Below, one piece after another: positions 1-8,689 of a DNA stretch of 29,611 nucleotides (position 1 is the first letter of the stretch; each line of letters opens with the position of its first letter). A program made the translations under genes and the position numbers. This DNA comes from a virus (Duplodnaviria; Caudoviricetes), in IMG/VR virus record IMGVR_UViG_3300020045_011892, positions 1-29,611 of that record; one strand, given 5' to 3'. A model generated the notes under the pieces. That model saw only the letters and a program-made list of their open reading frames with translations. It was not told where the DNA came from and ran no database searches.

Positions 1-121
1 TCATATTTTTATTTTTTATGAACTTATTTTGTATGTCTTTTTTTGTCATTTTTTAGAAATTATTATATTAAATATGAGAACCCCAATACCTACATTATAG
101 CTTATTTATTTCTTTTTGCAA
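1..121. repeat. Direct terminal repeat, left copy (assembly overlap indicating a circular/complete genome)
   Basis: 1-121 is identical to 29491-29611 (TCATATTTTT...TTTTTGCAA). Confidence 0.97.
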
Positions 122-388
122 GATTTTTGTTACATTACTTGTCAAATGATAATAATAATATTTCTCAAGCAATACTATTTTTTCCTCTTTTATTTTTGGA
201 TATATTAAATAAAGATACTCGTGGATTAATGTTCTTATGATATTTTTTCTGTAGTCAATAAATATATAACCATCTGCATCATAATAGCCAGATACATTTA
301 ATTTTTCAAGAATTATTTTATCAGGGTGAGTTTTAACATAATTTAATAGATTCGAATAGAATTGTTTTATTGTCATATTAAAAAACAC
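95..388 (-). CDS. Hypothetical protein with degenerate zincin-like motif (TLIHEYLY)
   Basis: 97-aa ORF overlapping the end of 378-677; GYYD...IFID...RTLIHEYLY resembles small phage metallopeptidase-like proteins but lacks the second His. Confidence 0.55.
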   Translation of the reverse strand: MFFNMTIKQFYSNLLNYVKTHPDKIILEKLNVSGYYDADGYIFIDYRKNIIRTLIHEYLYLIYPKIKEEKIVLLEKYYYYHLTSNVTKILQKEINKL

Positions 389-677
389 CTACTGAGTGCA
401 AGGATGGGAGAATAAAAATAATAAAACCAATAATTGAGCAAAAAAGCCAAGTTTTAATGCCATATCCCTCTTCCTTTTTAACTTGTAATACATATTCGTC
501 AAAAGAGAGTGGAGTTAAATGGTCAGATATGGCATTTCTATAATTTGCATATTGTCCACTATATTTAATCTGTTCTTCTAATAATAATTTTGATACCTGC
601 TTGTTTTGTGTATTTTGTGCTAATGTTTTTTCAATCAATGTTTTTTGCTTGGGAACATAACTAACTTTGTATTTCAT
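378..677 (-). CDS. Hypothetical protein with C-terminal membrane anchor
   Basis: RBS AAGGAG upstream; hydrophobic TWLFCSIIGFIIFILP; own promoter at 708-736. Confidence 0.75.
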   Translation of the reverse strand: MKYKVSYVPKQKTLIEKTLAQNTQNKQVSKLLLEEQIKYSGQYANYRNAISDHLTPLSFDEYVLQVKKEEGYGIKTWLFCSIIGFIIFILPSLHSVGVF

Positions 678-707
678 TTTTTTACTCCTTTTTTCTCATT
701 GGTAAAC

Positions 708-736
708 ATCCTACTACAACCATTTAATCTTGTCAA
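708..736 (-). promoter_or_regulatory. Sigma-70-type early promoter
   Basis: Minus strand TTGACA-17 nt-TAGGAT; shares GACTTGAC and GTAGGATGTTT with the copy at 1771-1798. Confidence 0.75.
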
Positions 737-1323
737 GTCTTTTCAAACACCATCAAATTACGGCAGAATCTTTTATTATGGCTTGAGCAGGGATTTATTT
801 CTTTAATTATTTCTTTTACAAGTCTCTCATTATATTTAAATAAAGGTAACTCAGTTTTGGAATTATAATATTTTTCCTGTATTTTATTTATCCAATACTC
901 CCTAGGCTGACAATTAACATGATTTACTCCATCTTTATCATCACTAGTTGTTAAGATTATGTATTTATTTGACGAGGATAGCAGGTTAAAAATTGCCATC
1001 TGCTCGAACTTGGCTGGTAAATGCTCTATGACTTCTACACACAAAGTTAAGTCAAATTTACCATAATCTACAAATTCGGTCAAGTCACCTTTTATAATAT
1101 GTAAATCAGATGGTATATATTTTTTAGCATTATCGTAACCATATTCAATCCCCAAGCAAGATATACCTGATTTCTGGAAGCCTTGTAAGAATCCACCTAC
1201 ACCAGCACCATAATCGATGACAGAGTGTATATTTAATATTTTTGCAATTTTTTGAGCAATTTGAATTTGTCTTGAATTAAATTTACGTCTTAGGGAAAAG
1301 AATTGGTCAGTATACTCGTCCAT
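733..1323 (-). CDS. Class I SAM-dependent methyltransferase (glycan/small-molecule type)
   Basis: Motif I VIDYGAGVGGFL, acidic GIE, and FDLTLCVEVIEHLP; no DNA-MTase DPPY/NPPY/PC motif; RBS AAGGAG. Confidence 0.88.
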   Translation of the reverse strand: MDEYTDQFFSLRRKFNSRQIQIAQKIAKILNIHSVIDYGAGVGGFLQGFQKSGISCLGIEYGYDNAKKYIPSDLHIIKGDLTEFVDYGKFDLTLCVEVIEHLPAKFEQMAIFNLLSSSNKYIILTTSDDKDGVNHVNCQPREYWINKIQEKYYNSKTELPLFKYNERLVKEIIKEINPCSSHNKRFCRNLMVFEKT

Positions 1324-1358
1324 ATATCTCCTTTTTTATTGGCTTGATTAAATTAGTA

Positions 1359-1562
1359 TTATTTTATTGCATGTTCTAGTGTTATTTTTTCTTTTTTCCA
1401 GCATTCCTCACAATAAGACATAACTTCTATTTTATAATTATCTTGATACAATTGCATTCTATCATATATTTCTCTATTAAAATAAAATGATTTAAAACAA
1501 TTCCAGCAAGTCAATTTTTTATCTTTTTGCTTTAAGTTTAATAGTTCTTCTTCTTTTCTCAT
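1359..1562 (-). CDS. Small zinc-finger protein
   Basis: CWNC...CEEC; RBS AAGGAG. Confidence 0.7.
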   Translation of the reverse strand: MRKEEELLNLKQKDKKLTCWNCFKSFYFNREIYDRMQLYQDNYKIEVMSYCEECWKKEKITLEHAIK

Positions 1563-1582
1563 TTTAATCTCCTTATTTAGTT

Positions 1583-1729
1583 TTATTGTATATTCTTAGT
1601 TCTCGGGTAAAAATCCTTCATCCAATCATAAAAATAACCTTGATCTTTATACCACTGAGCAAGCATTTTACGATATTCCTTTGAGTTCTTATCCGTCATT
1701 TTCTCAAGCATATCAATTGTAATCTTCAT
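1583..1729 (-). CDS. Small hypothetical protein, 48 aa (absent from ORF track)
   Basis: MKITIDMLEKMTDKNSKEYRKMLAQWYKDQGYFYDWMKDFYPRTKNIQ; purine-rich RBS AGGAGGAAGAGG; first gene after the promoter at 1771-1798. Confidence 0.7.
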   Translation of the reverse strand: MKITIDMLEKMTDKNSKEYRKMLAQWYKDQGYFYDWMKDFYPRTKNIQ

Positions 1730-1770
1730 TTTCCTCTTCCTCCTTTTTTAACCGTTCTTCATCTGCAAAC

Positions 1771-1798
1771 ATCCTACCACAATCCCCCAGCAAGTCAA
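1771..1798 (-). promoter_or_regulatory. Sigma-70-type early promoter with extended -10
   Basis: Minus strand TTGACT-16 nt-TAGGAT with TGn before the -10. Confidence 0.7.
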
Positions 1799-1893
1799 GT
1801 CCAAACATCTCAAGTAAACATGCTCCAAAAATAAATGAAAATAAAAGAAGGAAAAATAAATAAAAAAAAGAACAATATTTACATAACAAAAAA

Positions 1894-2370
1894 ATGGAGG
1901 TGTTTAATGTGAACTCGAAACCTTATGATAGGCAGTTGGATTTACAGTATAGAGACCAGACATTAAAATTAACAAGTGAGATAATGGAGATGTGTTATGG
2001 ATACAAATTTGCAGGAGTTAATGACGAGAATAGATGTAAATACTACTACGATTATAAATATATTAAGGGAGAAAAAGAAATCAGAATCGAGTCAGAAATT
2101 ACAAAATATTATTGGAAATATCAAACTACAGGAAAACTTGAAAGAATTGATTTTGCTGCTAGAAAACAAAAAAATATAGCAGAAGTATTTTTTATTATTG
2201 ATTATTGGGAAAGATGGGCATTTGGGATAAAAAAAGTGAAATTATTAGAGGAAATGACTATAATAGAAAAGAATACAAGATACAAGAAAAACGAAACATT
2301 TATGAGAGTAAACTGTGAGCATGGTAAATTTTTTGAAAAGGTAAATGGAAAATGGCAAAAATTACTATAG
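1894..2370 (+). CDS. Hypothetical protein, possible PD-(D/E)xK-fold nuclease
   Basis: YDY...IRIESEITK pattern; the real start may be GTG 1909 after GGAGGTG; fold call is weak. Confidence 0.6.
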   Translation: MEVFNVNSKPYDRQLDLQYRDQTLKLTSEIMEMCYGYKFAGVNDENRCKYYYDYKYIKGEKEIRIESEITKYYWKYQTTGKLERIDFAARKQKNIAEVFFIIDYWERWAFGIKKVKLLEEMTIIEKNTRYKKNETFMRVNCEHGKFFEKVNGKWQKLL

Positions 2371-2609
2371 AACAAGATGATGGAAGCAAAATAGTTTATG
2401 AGAATTGCTATATCCAATCTATCTCAAATACACTGTCTAAAGATAATAGCATGTATTGTAATTTATATTTTTTTTATATAGAAGCAAATAATTTAATGAG
2501 ACTTGCTAACGATTTGAGATTGGAAAAAGTAGAAAAGGAAAAAGAAGAAGAAATTGTGCCAGTAAAACAAGTAGAAATAAAAAATTGTATTAGTAGTTTA
2601 AAATTATAA
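2352..2609 (+). CDS. Hypothetical protein
   Basis: 85-aa ORF overlapping the upstream gene, in operon orientation. Confidence 0.65.
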   Translation: MAKITIEQDDGSKIVYENCYIQSISNTLSKDNSMYCNLYFFYIEANNLMRLANDLRLEKVEKEKEEEIVPVKQVEIKNCISSLKL

Positions 2610-2683
2610 GGAGAAAAATTATTAACGAGACAACTTTTTTAAGTAAATCAGCCCGTGAAGAATTAAATATCATCAAAAACTAT

Positions 2684-3301
2684 ATGAATAAACACACCAT
2701 CTATTTAACCACTGAGCAACAATTAGATTTAGCAAAAAACATGACACAAGAAAATAAACTTAAATTATATCATTCCATCCTACCTTATATATTAAAAATG
2801 TGTCTAAAATATTACATACCTGCTAGATCTCTCTTAGATTACTGGCAATATTGTGCAGAGTATTTTTTCAAGGTAATAGATAAATTTAACCCAGAAAAAA
2901 ACAATTCTCTATTAACTTATATGGCATGGTGGATTAAGTCTGCCGTCCAATGTGCTCACTCCGGCAATAATAGGAGAGAATTTAGAAACTCAGTAGCATA
3001 TCAAAAAGATTGGGAGTTTTTATCAACAGACCAAAAAATAAGAAATGATAGTAGTAGTAATTATGATGGAGATATGCACTTAGTAGATTTGTTTTATACC
3101 ACTGATTTTCAATTTCCAAATGATAAATTAGATGTAATTAAACCATATATAGAGAGATTAAGCAGTAGGCAAAAACAAGCAGTAACAGATTTTTTAGCAG
3201 GGAAGGGAACATGTAGTAATTTAACAGCAGCAACAAATAGTTTAAAAAGAATGATAAATAAAGAAAATAAAAGAAGGATTTTCCAAAAAGAATTAGAATA
3301 A
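2684..3301 (+). CDS. RNA polymerase sigma-70-like factor 1
   Basis: Region 2 motif IDKFNPEKNNSLLTYMAWWIKSAV (cf. FDPxxGxxFSTYAxWWIR); RLSSRQKQAV opens an apparently shortened region 4. Confidence 0.8.
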   Translation: MNKHTIYLTTEQQLDLAKNMTQENKLKLYHSILPYILKMCLKYYIPARSLLDYWQYCAEYFFKVIDKFNPEKNNSLLTYMAWWIKSAVQCAHSGNNRREFRNSVAYQKDWEFLSTDQKIRNDSSSNYDGDMHLVDLFYTTDFQFPNDKLDVIKPYIERLSSRQKQAVTDFLAGKGTCSNLTAATNSLKRMINKENKRRIFQKELE

Positions 3302-3321
3302 GAAAAAGAAAGAGTTAAAAT

Positions 3322-3720
3322 ATGAAAAATAAAATACAAATAATTCATAGAAAATTATTAAAATTATGGAGTCAAAAAGTTAGAGAACGTGCAAATTATA
3401 CCTGTGAATATTGTGGGGCTAAAAAAGGTGATAAAAATAAAAATGGTAAACCTACAATCATTGATGCACACCACTTAATGAGCAAATATGTAAAAAATTG
3501 TCCATTAAAATTTGATATACTTAATGGCATAGCACTCTGCAAAAATTGTCATAAATTTGGTCCGATTTCCATACACAATAATCCAATCATAATATTAAAT
3601 AAATTAGATGATGAGAGATGGAATAGAATACTTAATTGTCATAAAATTAGAATAGATTTAGATAGTTTAGAAATATTAGATAAAATTGAAAAGGAATTGA
3701 GGTGCATATGTGAAAAATAA
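3322..3720 (+). CDS. HNH endonuclease, NinG-like
   Basis: LWSQKVRER..YTCEYCG...DAHHL...FDILNGIALCKNCH. Confidence 0.88.
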   Translation: MKNKIQIIHRKLLKLWSQKVRERANYTCEYCGAKKGDKNKNGKPTIIDAHHLMSKYVKNCPLKFDILNGIALCKNCHKFGPISIHNNPIIILNKLDDERWNRILNCHKIRIDLDSLEILDKIEKELRCICEK

Positions 3721-4273
3721 TTTAAAACAGTTTTTGCCTATTTGCTACTATTGGTTAAAAAAATATCATATTCACGACCAAGAAAAAAATGACCTAATTC
3801 AAGATTTTTATGTTATTTGCCTTGAATCCATTGAGAAATATGACGAAAATAAATCTACTCTTGAGAAATATATTGATCTTAACTGGAAAAACTATATTAG
3901 AAAATGGATAATTAAGCACAGAGTAAATGGTATTGCTTGTGACTCATTGACCGTAAAAAAATATAACTTGCATACTATACCACTCCCTGATCAATATGAC
4001 ACGATAAATGATAACCAACCAATGCCTTATGATGACTTAATTAAACAAGATGACCAAAATGAGATAAATAAAAAATATCAAGATCTTCTTAAAAAATTAC
4101 ACAAAAAATTAACAAAAACTGAAGTGCAAATACTTGTGGATCTATACTCAAATGGACTTAAAATTCGACAAATTTCAAAAAAATATAATGTAAGCACTAC
4201 TAAAATATATGCAGCTATAAACAAAATAAAGGACATAGGAAATGATAAACAAAGAACAAAAAAAAGAATATAA
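3710..4273 (+). CDS. RNA polymerase sigma-70/ECF-like factor 2
   Basis: Region 2 DLIQDFYVICLESIEKYDENKSTLEKY; region 4 HTH LTKTEVQIL...GLKIRQISKKYNVSTTKI. Confidence 0.85.
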   Translation: MKNNLKQFLPICYYWLKKYHIHDQEKNDLIQDFYVICLESIEKYDENKSTLEKYIDLNWKNYIRKWIIKHRVNGIACDSLTVKKYNLHTIPLPDQYDTINDNQPMPYDDLIKQDDQNEINKKYQDLLKKLHKKLTKTEVQILVDLYSNGLKIRQISKKYNVSTTKIYAAINKIKDIGNDKQRTKKRI

Positions 4274-5105
4274 TAAACGATATTATGAATCAAATAAATA
4301 TAAATTAAAAGAACAAATGAAAGAATATCGAGAATTAAATAAAGATAAATTAAAAGAAAAAAGGAAACAATATTGTAAATCAAACAAAGATAAAATAAAA
4401 GAACATCATAAACAATATCGAGAGCTAAATAAAGATAAATTAAAAGAACATAGAAAATTAAATAGAAATAAAAAGATAGAATATGATAAACAATATTATA
4501 AATTAAATAAAAATAAAATAAGAGAATATAAAAAACAATATCACGAATTAAATAAAGATAAAAAAAGAGAATATGATATACAATATTATAAATTAAACAA
4601 AGATAAAAAAAGAGAATATAGAGAATTAAATAAAGATAAAATTAAACAATATCACGAATTAAACAAAGATAAAAAAAGAGAATATAGTAAACAATATTAT
4701 AAATTAAACAAAGATAAAAGAAAAGTGCAAATGAAAGAATATATTAGTAAAAGATATAAAATGGACCCAATATATAGACTTCATGAATGTCTTAGAAGAA
4801 GAATTATATTGGGCATTAGAAACAATTCTATTTCTTGTAAAAAGAATAACCACACACTTGAATTACTTGGATGTTCTTGGCAATATGCTCGTTTACATTT
4901 AGAGAAGCAATTTAAACCAGAAATGACTTGGGATAATTATGGAACTTATTGGCATGTTGATCATATAATTCCAGTAACCTTTTTTCATTTAGAAGACAAA
5001 ACAGAATTACATCTTGCTTTTCACTATGGTAATATGCAGCCCTTAGAAGCAAGTAAAAATTATAGTAAACATGCAAATATCCCAAACGAAAATTTTAGAT
5101 ATTAG
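4242..5105 (+). CDS. HNH-type endonuclease with long charged repeat N-terminus
   Basis: C-terminal ELLGCS...HLEKQF..EMTWDNYG.YWHVDHIIP...FHYGNMQPLEA..N..K; N-terminal about 165 aa of repeats. Confidence 0.85.
   Translation: MINKEQKKEYNKRYYESNKYKLKEQMKEYRELNKDKLKEKRKQYCKSNKDKIKEHHKQYRELNKDKLKEHRKLNRNKKIEYDKQYYKLNKNKIREYKKQYHELNKDKKREYDIQYYKLNKDKKREYRELNKDKIKQYHELNKDKKREYSKQYYKLNKDKRKVQMKEYISKRYKMDPIYRLHECLRRRIILGIRNNSISCKKNNHTLELLGCSWQYARLHLEKQFKPEMTWDNYGTYWHVDHIIPVTFFHLEDKTELHLAFHYGNMQPLEASKNYSKHANIPNENFRY
4255..4745 (+). repeat. Degenerate intragenic tandem repeat, unit about 42 nt / 14 aa (KQYYKLNKDKKREY), some units shortened
   Basis: Recurring AATTAAA(T/C)AAAGATAAA and CAATATTATAAATT. 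Confidence 0.85.
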
Positions 5106-5117
5106 GAGATTAAATAT

Positions 5118-5855
5118 ATGAATTATAAACATGTAGCAGTATGGATTACAAAAGATAGTAAATCGGGTTATAAATGGAAATACGATGAATCACAAATGCA
5201 CGTTAACTTTATCTTTTGTAAAATAGATAATTTAATTGACCTCGGATCAGAACCAAAAGATATCATTATAATTACTAACTTTGATTTGACTTATAGAAAC
5301 GTAAAAACCTATAGAGTAAATGATTCGGAGATACAATTACAATCAGCTTTTGCAAATAAAATGCCTTTAACTGCAAACTTAATAAAATCTGGAATAATAG
5401 ATGGTAATTTTATTTTTGAAGATATGGATGCTTTTAAATGTAGAGATTTTTTATTTCCAGATATTAAAACATTTGCCTTTACTAAACATGACCCAAACAG
5501 AAGGAAATGCCAAGGTGGTGTAAGCTACTGGTCAAAAAATTCACTGGACACTTTTATAAAAATTGCAGAAGATATAAAAAAATCAAATATTCGTAAAGAA
5601 GAGAATTTCCTACCAAAATATATTAAAGAAGAAAATTGGCTAGGATATGAATGGAACTTTAGCATAACTCACCAATTTAATAAAAAGTTCCCATTAACAA
5701 AATTCCCACTTAATTATATACATGCAAATCCACTTAAAAAGAACATATGGGATTGGTACGTGGAAGGTAAAAATCCTAAAAATATAAAACTAATAGATGA
5801 AAGATTGGAAAAATTGCTTAAGAAACATAATTTAACACCAGAGGGAGAAATATAA
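5118..5855 (+). CDS. Putative GT-A fold glycosyltransferase / nucleotide-diphospho-sugar transferase 1
   Basis: IIIITNF strand; NK..L helix; hydrophobic strand with DxD (FIFEDMDAF); QGGVSYW, EE, WNF and YIH motifs. Confidence 0.65.
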   Translation: MNYKHVAVWITKDSKSGYKWKYDESQMHVNFIFCKIDNLIDLGSEPKDIIIITNFDLTYRNVKTYRVNDSEIQLQSAFANKMPLTANLIKSGIIDGNFIFEDMDAFKCRDFLFPDIKTFAFTKHDPNRRKCQGGVSYWSKNSLDTFIKIAEDIKKSNIRKEENFLPKYIKEENWLGYEWNFSITHQFNKKFPLTKFPLNYIHANPLKKNIWDWYVEGKNPKNIKLIDERLEKLLKKHNLTPEGEI

Positions 5856-6619
5856 TGAGCCAGCTAAAACAATCATTTATACATGCATATTGGGGTGACT
5901 TGACAATTGATAGAGGATTAAAAATAACCAATGATATAAAATTTCTACTAAAAAATCCCTATAATCCACCTTCTTTAACTTATGTGTGGGGTGACAGAAA
6001 TTACGAAATACTCGAAAGAATGGGACTAAAATGTAAATTGGTCTATAAAAATAGTAATCAATGGTGTATGCAAAAAGAAAATTTCCGTCATAAATTAGAA
6101 GCATTAAAACTTGCAACATTAGACTTTGATGAATTTATTTTTACTGACCTTGATGTTAACTTTTATTGCAATATACCTGATAATTTTTGGAATACAGTAA
6201 GGGAAAGAGGTGAAATACAATGTTGCCTAAGATACTATAAACACAAAAAATTATATCATAGAAAAATTGATAATAATATGTTACCATCAGCCTCATGGAT
6301 ATATATAAGAAACCCAAGCATACCTCAAAGAATAATAAAATCTTGGGAAAACTCACCTGAAAAGTATAAACAATGTGAGGAACGACAATTATCCGAAGCA
6401 ATTGATGATTTTTATTGTGGATGGAAAAATTTAGACTTCTGGAAAAAATGGAATGAAACAGAATTTTATCAATTAAATTCACAAAATGTTATTAAAGGAA
6501 AAACGAATATAATGGCAGAACATATAGGGAAAAATCCAATGAGTAAATTAGTAACCATGAACAATAAAGATATTAAACAGTTTTTAGATATAAGGAGGAG
6601 TAAATTATGCCAAAATTAA
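5855..6619 (+). CDS. Putative GT-A fold glycosyltransferase / nucleotide-diphospho-sugar transferase 2
   Basis: IHAYWG, HKLEAL, FIFTDLDVNF (DxD), SASWIY, CEERQL and a late His; TAATG coupling to the upstream gene. Confidence 0.7.
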   Translation: MSQLKQSFIHAYWGDLTIDRGLKITNDIKFLLKNPYNPPSLTYVWGDRNYEILERMGLKCKLVYKNSNQWCMQKENFRHKLEALKLATLDFDEFIFTDLDVNFYCNIPDNFWNTVRERGEIQCCLRYYKHKKLYHRKIDNNMLPSASWIYIRNPSIPQRIIKSWENSPEKYKQCEERQLSEAIDDFYCGWKNLDFWKKWNETEFYQLNSQNVIKGKTNIMAEHIGKNPMSKLVTMNNKDIKQFLDIRRSKLCQN

Positions 6620-7182
6620 ATAGAGAAATATTTTCCATGTCCGAATTAGTAGAAGATTTCCTTAACATTGAACTCATGGATGGCTCTTATACAATCTATG
6701 ACCATGACTTTACGTGCACCGAGCCTGAGCCTTATCCTTATACTTATGTTGAGGAAACTAATGATAAAATATTGTTTGTTTATGAAAATGCAAGAATGTG
6801 GTATAAAAATATAAAGGAATTAATAGATGACGAATTAACTTATGAATATTTTCCAAGACTAAAATCAATTCAACCTGCAAATGGAAAATATATTGATGAT
6901 GGTGTCACTCCTTTCACAAATTTTCAATGCATAAGATATTTCAAAAATGGCAAATTACATAGAATAAATGGACCTTCCCAAATTGTAAACGGTGAGGAGA
7001 TGTGGATGTATGAGGGGTTATTGCACAGATTAAATGGACCTGCTATATATAATAAAAATAAATCAATGTTTACAAGTTATCATATTAAAGGAAAATTATA
7101 TATGGCAGAGGAATATTTTAAGGAACTAGAGAAATACTTAACTAAGGAAGAGATATTTTTAATTAAACTCAAATATTGCTAG
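6607..7182 (+). CDS. Hypothetical protein with GxLHRxNGP beta-hairpin repeats
   Basis: YFKNGKLHRINGPSQI and MYEGLLHRLNGPAIY; RBS AGGAGGAG. Confidence 0.75.
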   Translation: MPKLNREIFSMSELVEDFLNIELMDGSYTIYDHDFTCTEPEPYPYTYVEETNDKILFVYENARMWYKNIKELIDDELTYEYFPRLKSIQPANGKYIDDGVTPFTNFQCIRYFKNGKLHRINGPSQIVNGEEMWMYEGLLHRLNGPAIYNKNKSMFTSYHIKGKLYMAEEYFKELEKYLTKEEIFLIKLKYC

Positions 7183-7191
7183 GAGAGAAAA

Positions 7192-7239
7192 ATGGAAATT
7201 AAATTTGTTTTTATTTTAATTTGGTTTTTTTATTGGTGA
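7192..7239 (+). CDS. Possible 15-aa hydrophobic leader peptide MEIKFVFILIWFFYW
   Basis: Strong RBS AGGAGAG at 7181; ends in TGA, in frame with the downstream ATG 7243. Confidence 0.35.
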   Translation: MEIKFVFILIWFFYW

Positions 7240-7242
7240 TAC

Positions 7243-7791
7243 ATGAAAATATTTATACATGGTGGCTTAAATACTGGTCAATGCATAGATTATTGGAGTA
7301 AACATAACAGATTCAAGAACTTACAATATTCACAAATTCATCTTTTCGAGCCAAATCCAAGTCTAATTCCTCTATGCAAAGAAAAAATAAATAAAATAGA
7401 TGATGGCAGAATAACTTTTCACGAAGAAGCAATATGGACAAATGATGGTTATTTAGAATTCTACTTATCAAATACAACAAGAAAATTAGGCTCAAGTTAT
7501 ATTAAAAGAGATTGTAATGATAATATGCCTACAAAAGTTCCATGCATTGACTTATCTAAATTCTTATGTAACTTTCCAAATGATTATATAATAGCAGATT
7601 TAGATTTAGAAGGAAGTGAGTTGCCTGTCCTTGAAAAATGTATAAAAATGGGAACAATACACCTGATAAAAGAGCTAACTATAGAATTCCACCCTCAAAT
7701 AAAAGAACATGATAATAGTAATAATAGAATAGATAACCTTAAAAATACTCTATTGTCTATATTCCCTAACCTAAAAATAAGAAAAATATAA
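7243..7791 (+). CDS. FkbM-family methyltransferase
   Basis: IFIHGGLNTGQ, IHLFEPNP, EEAIW, GSS, VPCIDLSKFL, LDLEGSELPVL, LTIEFH. Confidence 0.88.
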   Translation: MKIFIHGGLNTGQCIDYWSKHNRFKNLQYSQIHLFEPNPSLIPLCKEKINKIDDGRITFHEEAIWTNDGYLEFYLSNTTRKLGSSYIKRDCNDNMPTKVPCIDLSKFLCNFPNDYIIADLDLEGSELPVLEKCIKMGTIHLIKELTIEFHPQIKEHDNSNNRIDNLKNTLLSIFPNLKIRKI

Positions 7792-7798
7792 TACTAAT
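7788..7798 (+). promoter_or_regulatory. Candidate late-promoter motif ATAATACTAAT
   Basis: Same 11-mer at four other module starts. Confidence 0.45.
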
Positions 7799-7827
7799 AT
7801 ATTTAAAGGAGATACAAGTGCCATATT

Positions 7828-7874
7828 GGGTGAGTATAAATCTATTGTTTAACTCCTTTACAATAGACTCACCC
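7828..7874 (+). promoter_or_regulatory. Stem-loop with an anti-Shine-Dalgarno sequence in its loop
   Basis: Stems GGGTGAG/CTCACCC and TCTATTGT/ACAATAGA; loop TTAACTCCTTT. Confidence 0.6.
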
Positions 7875-7939
7875 CTCTTAAATAATTGTAGTTTTCTTGC
7901 ATGTATCTATAATATAACAAAGTAACAAAGGAGAAAAAT

Positions 7940-8446
7940 ATGAATAAAATAATATATGACGGAATTGAATGGTGTAGAAATAGTAATAATTATTATGTAT
8001 GGCATAAACATAATATATTTTTAAGATTGCACCGTTATATTTACGAAATGCACTATGGAGAAATACCAAAAGGATACGAAATACATCATAAAGATGGTAA
8101 TAAATTAAATAATAATATAGATAATTTAGAAATACTTACCAAATCTGAACATACTAAATTACATATGGCAGGAAGAACATTATCTGAAAAACATAAACAA
8201 AAAATATCTGAATCTGGCAAAAAACGTATTTTTTCAGAAGAAACAAAAGAAAAAATGAGAATAGCACAAAGAAAAGTTATTAGAAAGAAACATTCAGAAG
8301 AAACTAAACAAAAAATGTCTGAAGCATGGAAAAAACGTAGTCATGAAGTATCAGAAGAAACTAGACAAAAACTTAGAGAAGTATGGGTAAGACGTAAATT
8401 ATTAAAAGGGGTTAAAAATGAGAATTATTCAGTTAACATTGTGTAA
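7940..8446 (+). CDS. HNH homing endonuclease with NUMOD3 repeats
   Basis: LHRYIYEMHYGEIPKGYEIHHKDGNKLNNNIDNL...EH...H; four SEE(T)K.KMS-type repeats. Confidence 0.92.
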   Translation: MNKIIYDGIEWCRNSNNYYVWHKHNIFLRLHRYIYEMHYGEIPKGYEIHHKDGNKLNNNIDNLEILTKSEHTKLHMAGRTLSEKHKQKISESGKKRIFSEETKEKMRIAQRKVIRKKHSEETKQKMSEAWKKRSHEVSEETRQKLREVWVRRKLLKGVKNENYSVNIV

Positions 8447-8687
8447 TAAGTGTTGTAGTACAGGTATCATTCAGGCTCGAAAATTAAAAGATGCACTAAA
8501 AGATGAAGGTTATAATGTATCTTTAAATATAATCCACCATGCTGCAAATAAATATCCCTACCTTGATAAAACACATAACTACATAATAATCAATGACTTA
8601 CAAATAATAGACCTACTTCAACTAAATATAAAAGATGTGGTTAATTCACTAGAACCAAGCTATATCAGTAACAAGGAAAAATTATAA
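8418..8687 (+). CDS. Hypothetical protein (CxxC, possibly thioredoxin-like)
   Basis: N-terminal strand followed by CNKCC; RBS AAGGGG. Confidence 0.55.
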   Translation: MRIIQLTLCNKCCSTGIIQARKLKDALKDEGYNVSLNIIHHAANKYPYLDKTHNYIIINDLQIIDLLQLNIKDVVNSLEPSYISNKEKL

Positions 8688-8689
8688 AA

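Noticed and set aside
1-121. Biological terminal repeat of the virion DNA
   Set aside because: An exact 121-bp overlap that cuts through a gene end is better explained as the k-mer overlap of a circular assembly
733-7791. DNA modification or restriction-modification role for the methyltransferases
   Set aside because: No DPPY/NPPY/SPPY or PC motif and no nucleotide-modification genes; the motifs fit glycan or small-molecule methyltransferases
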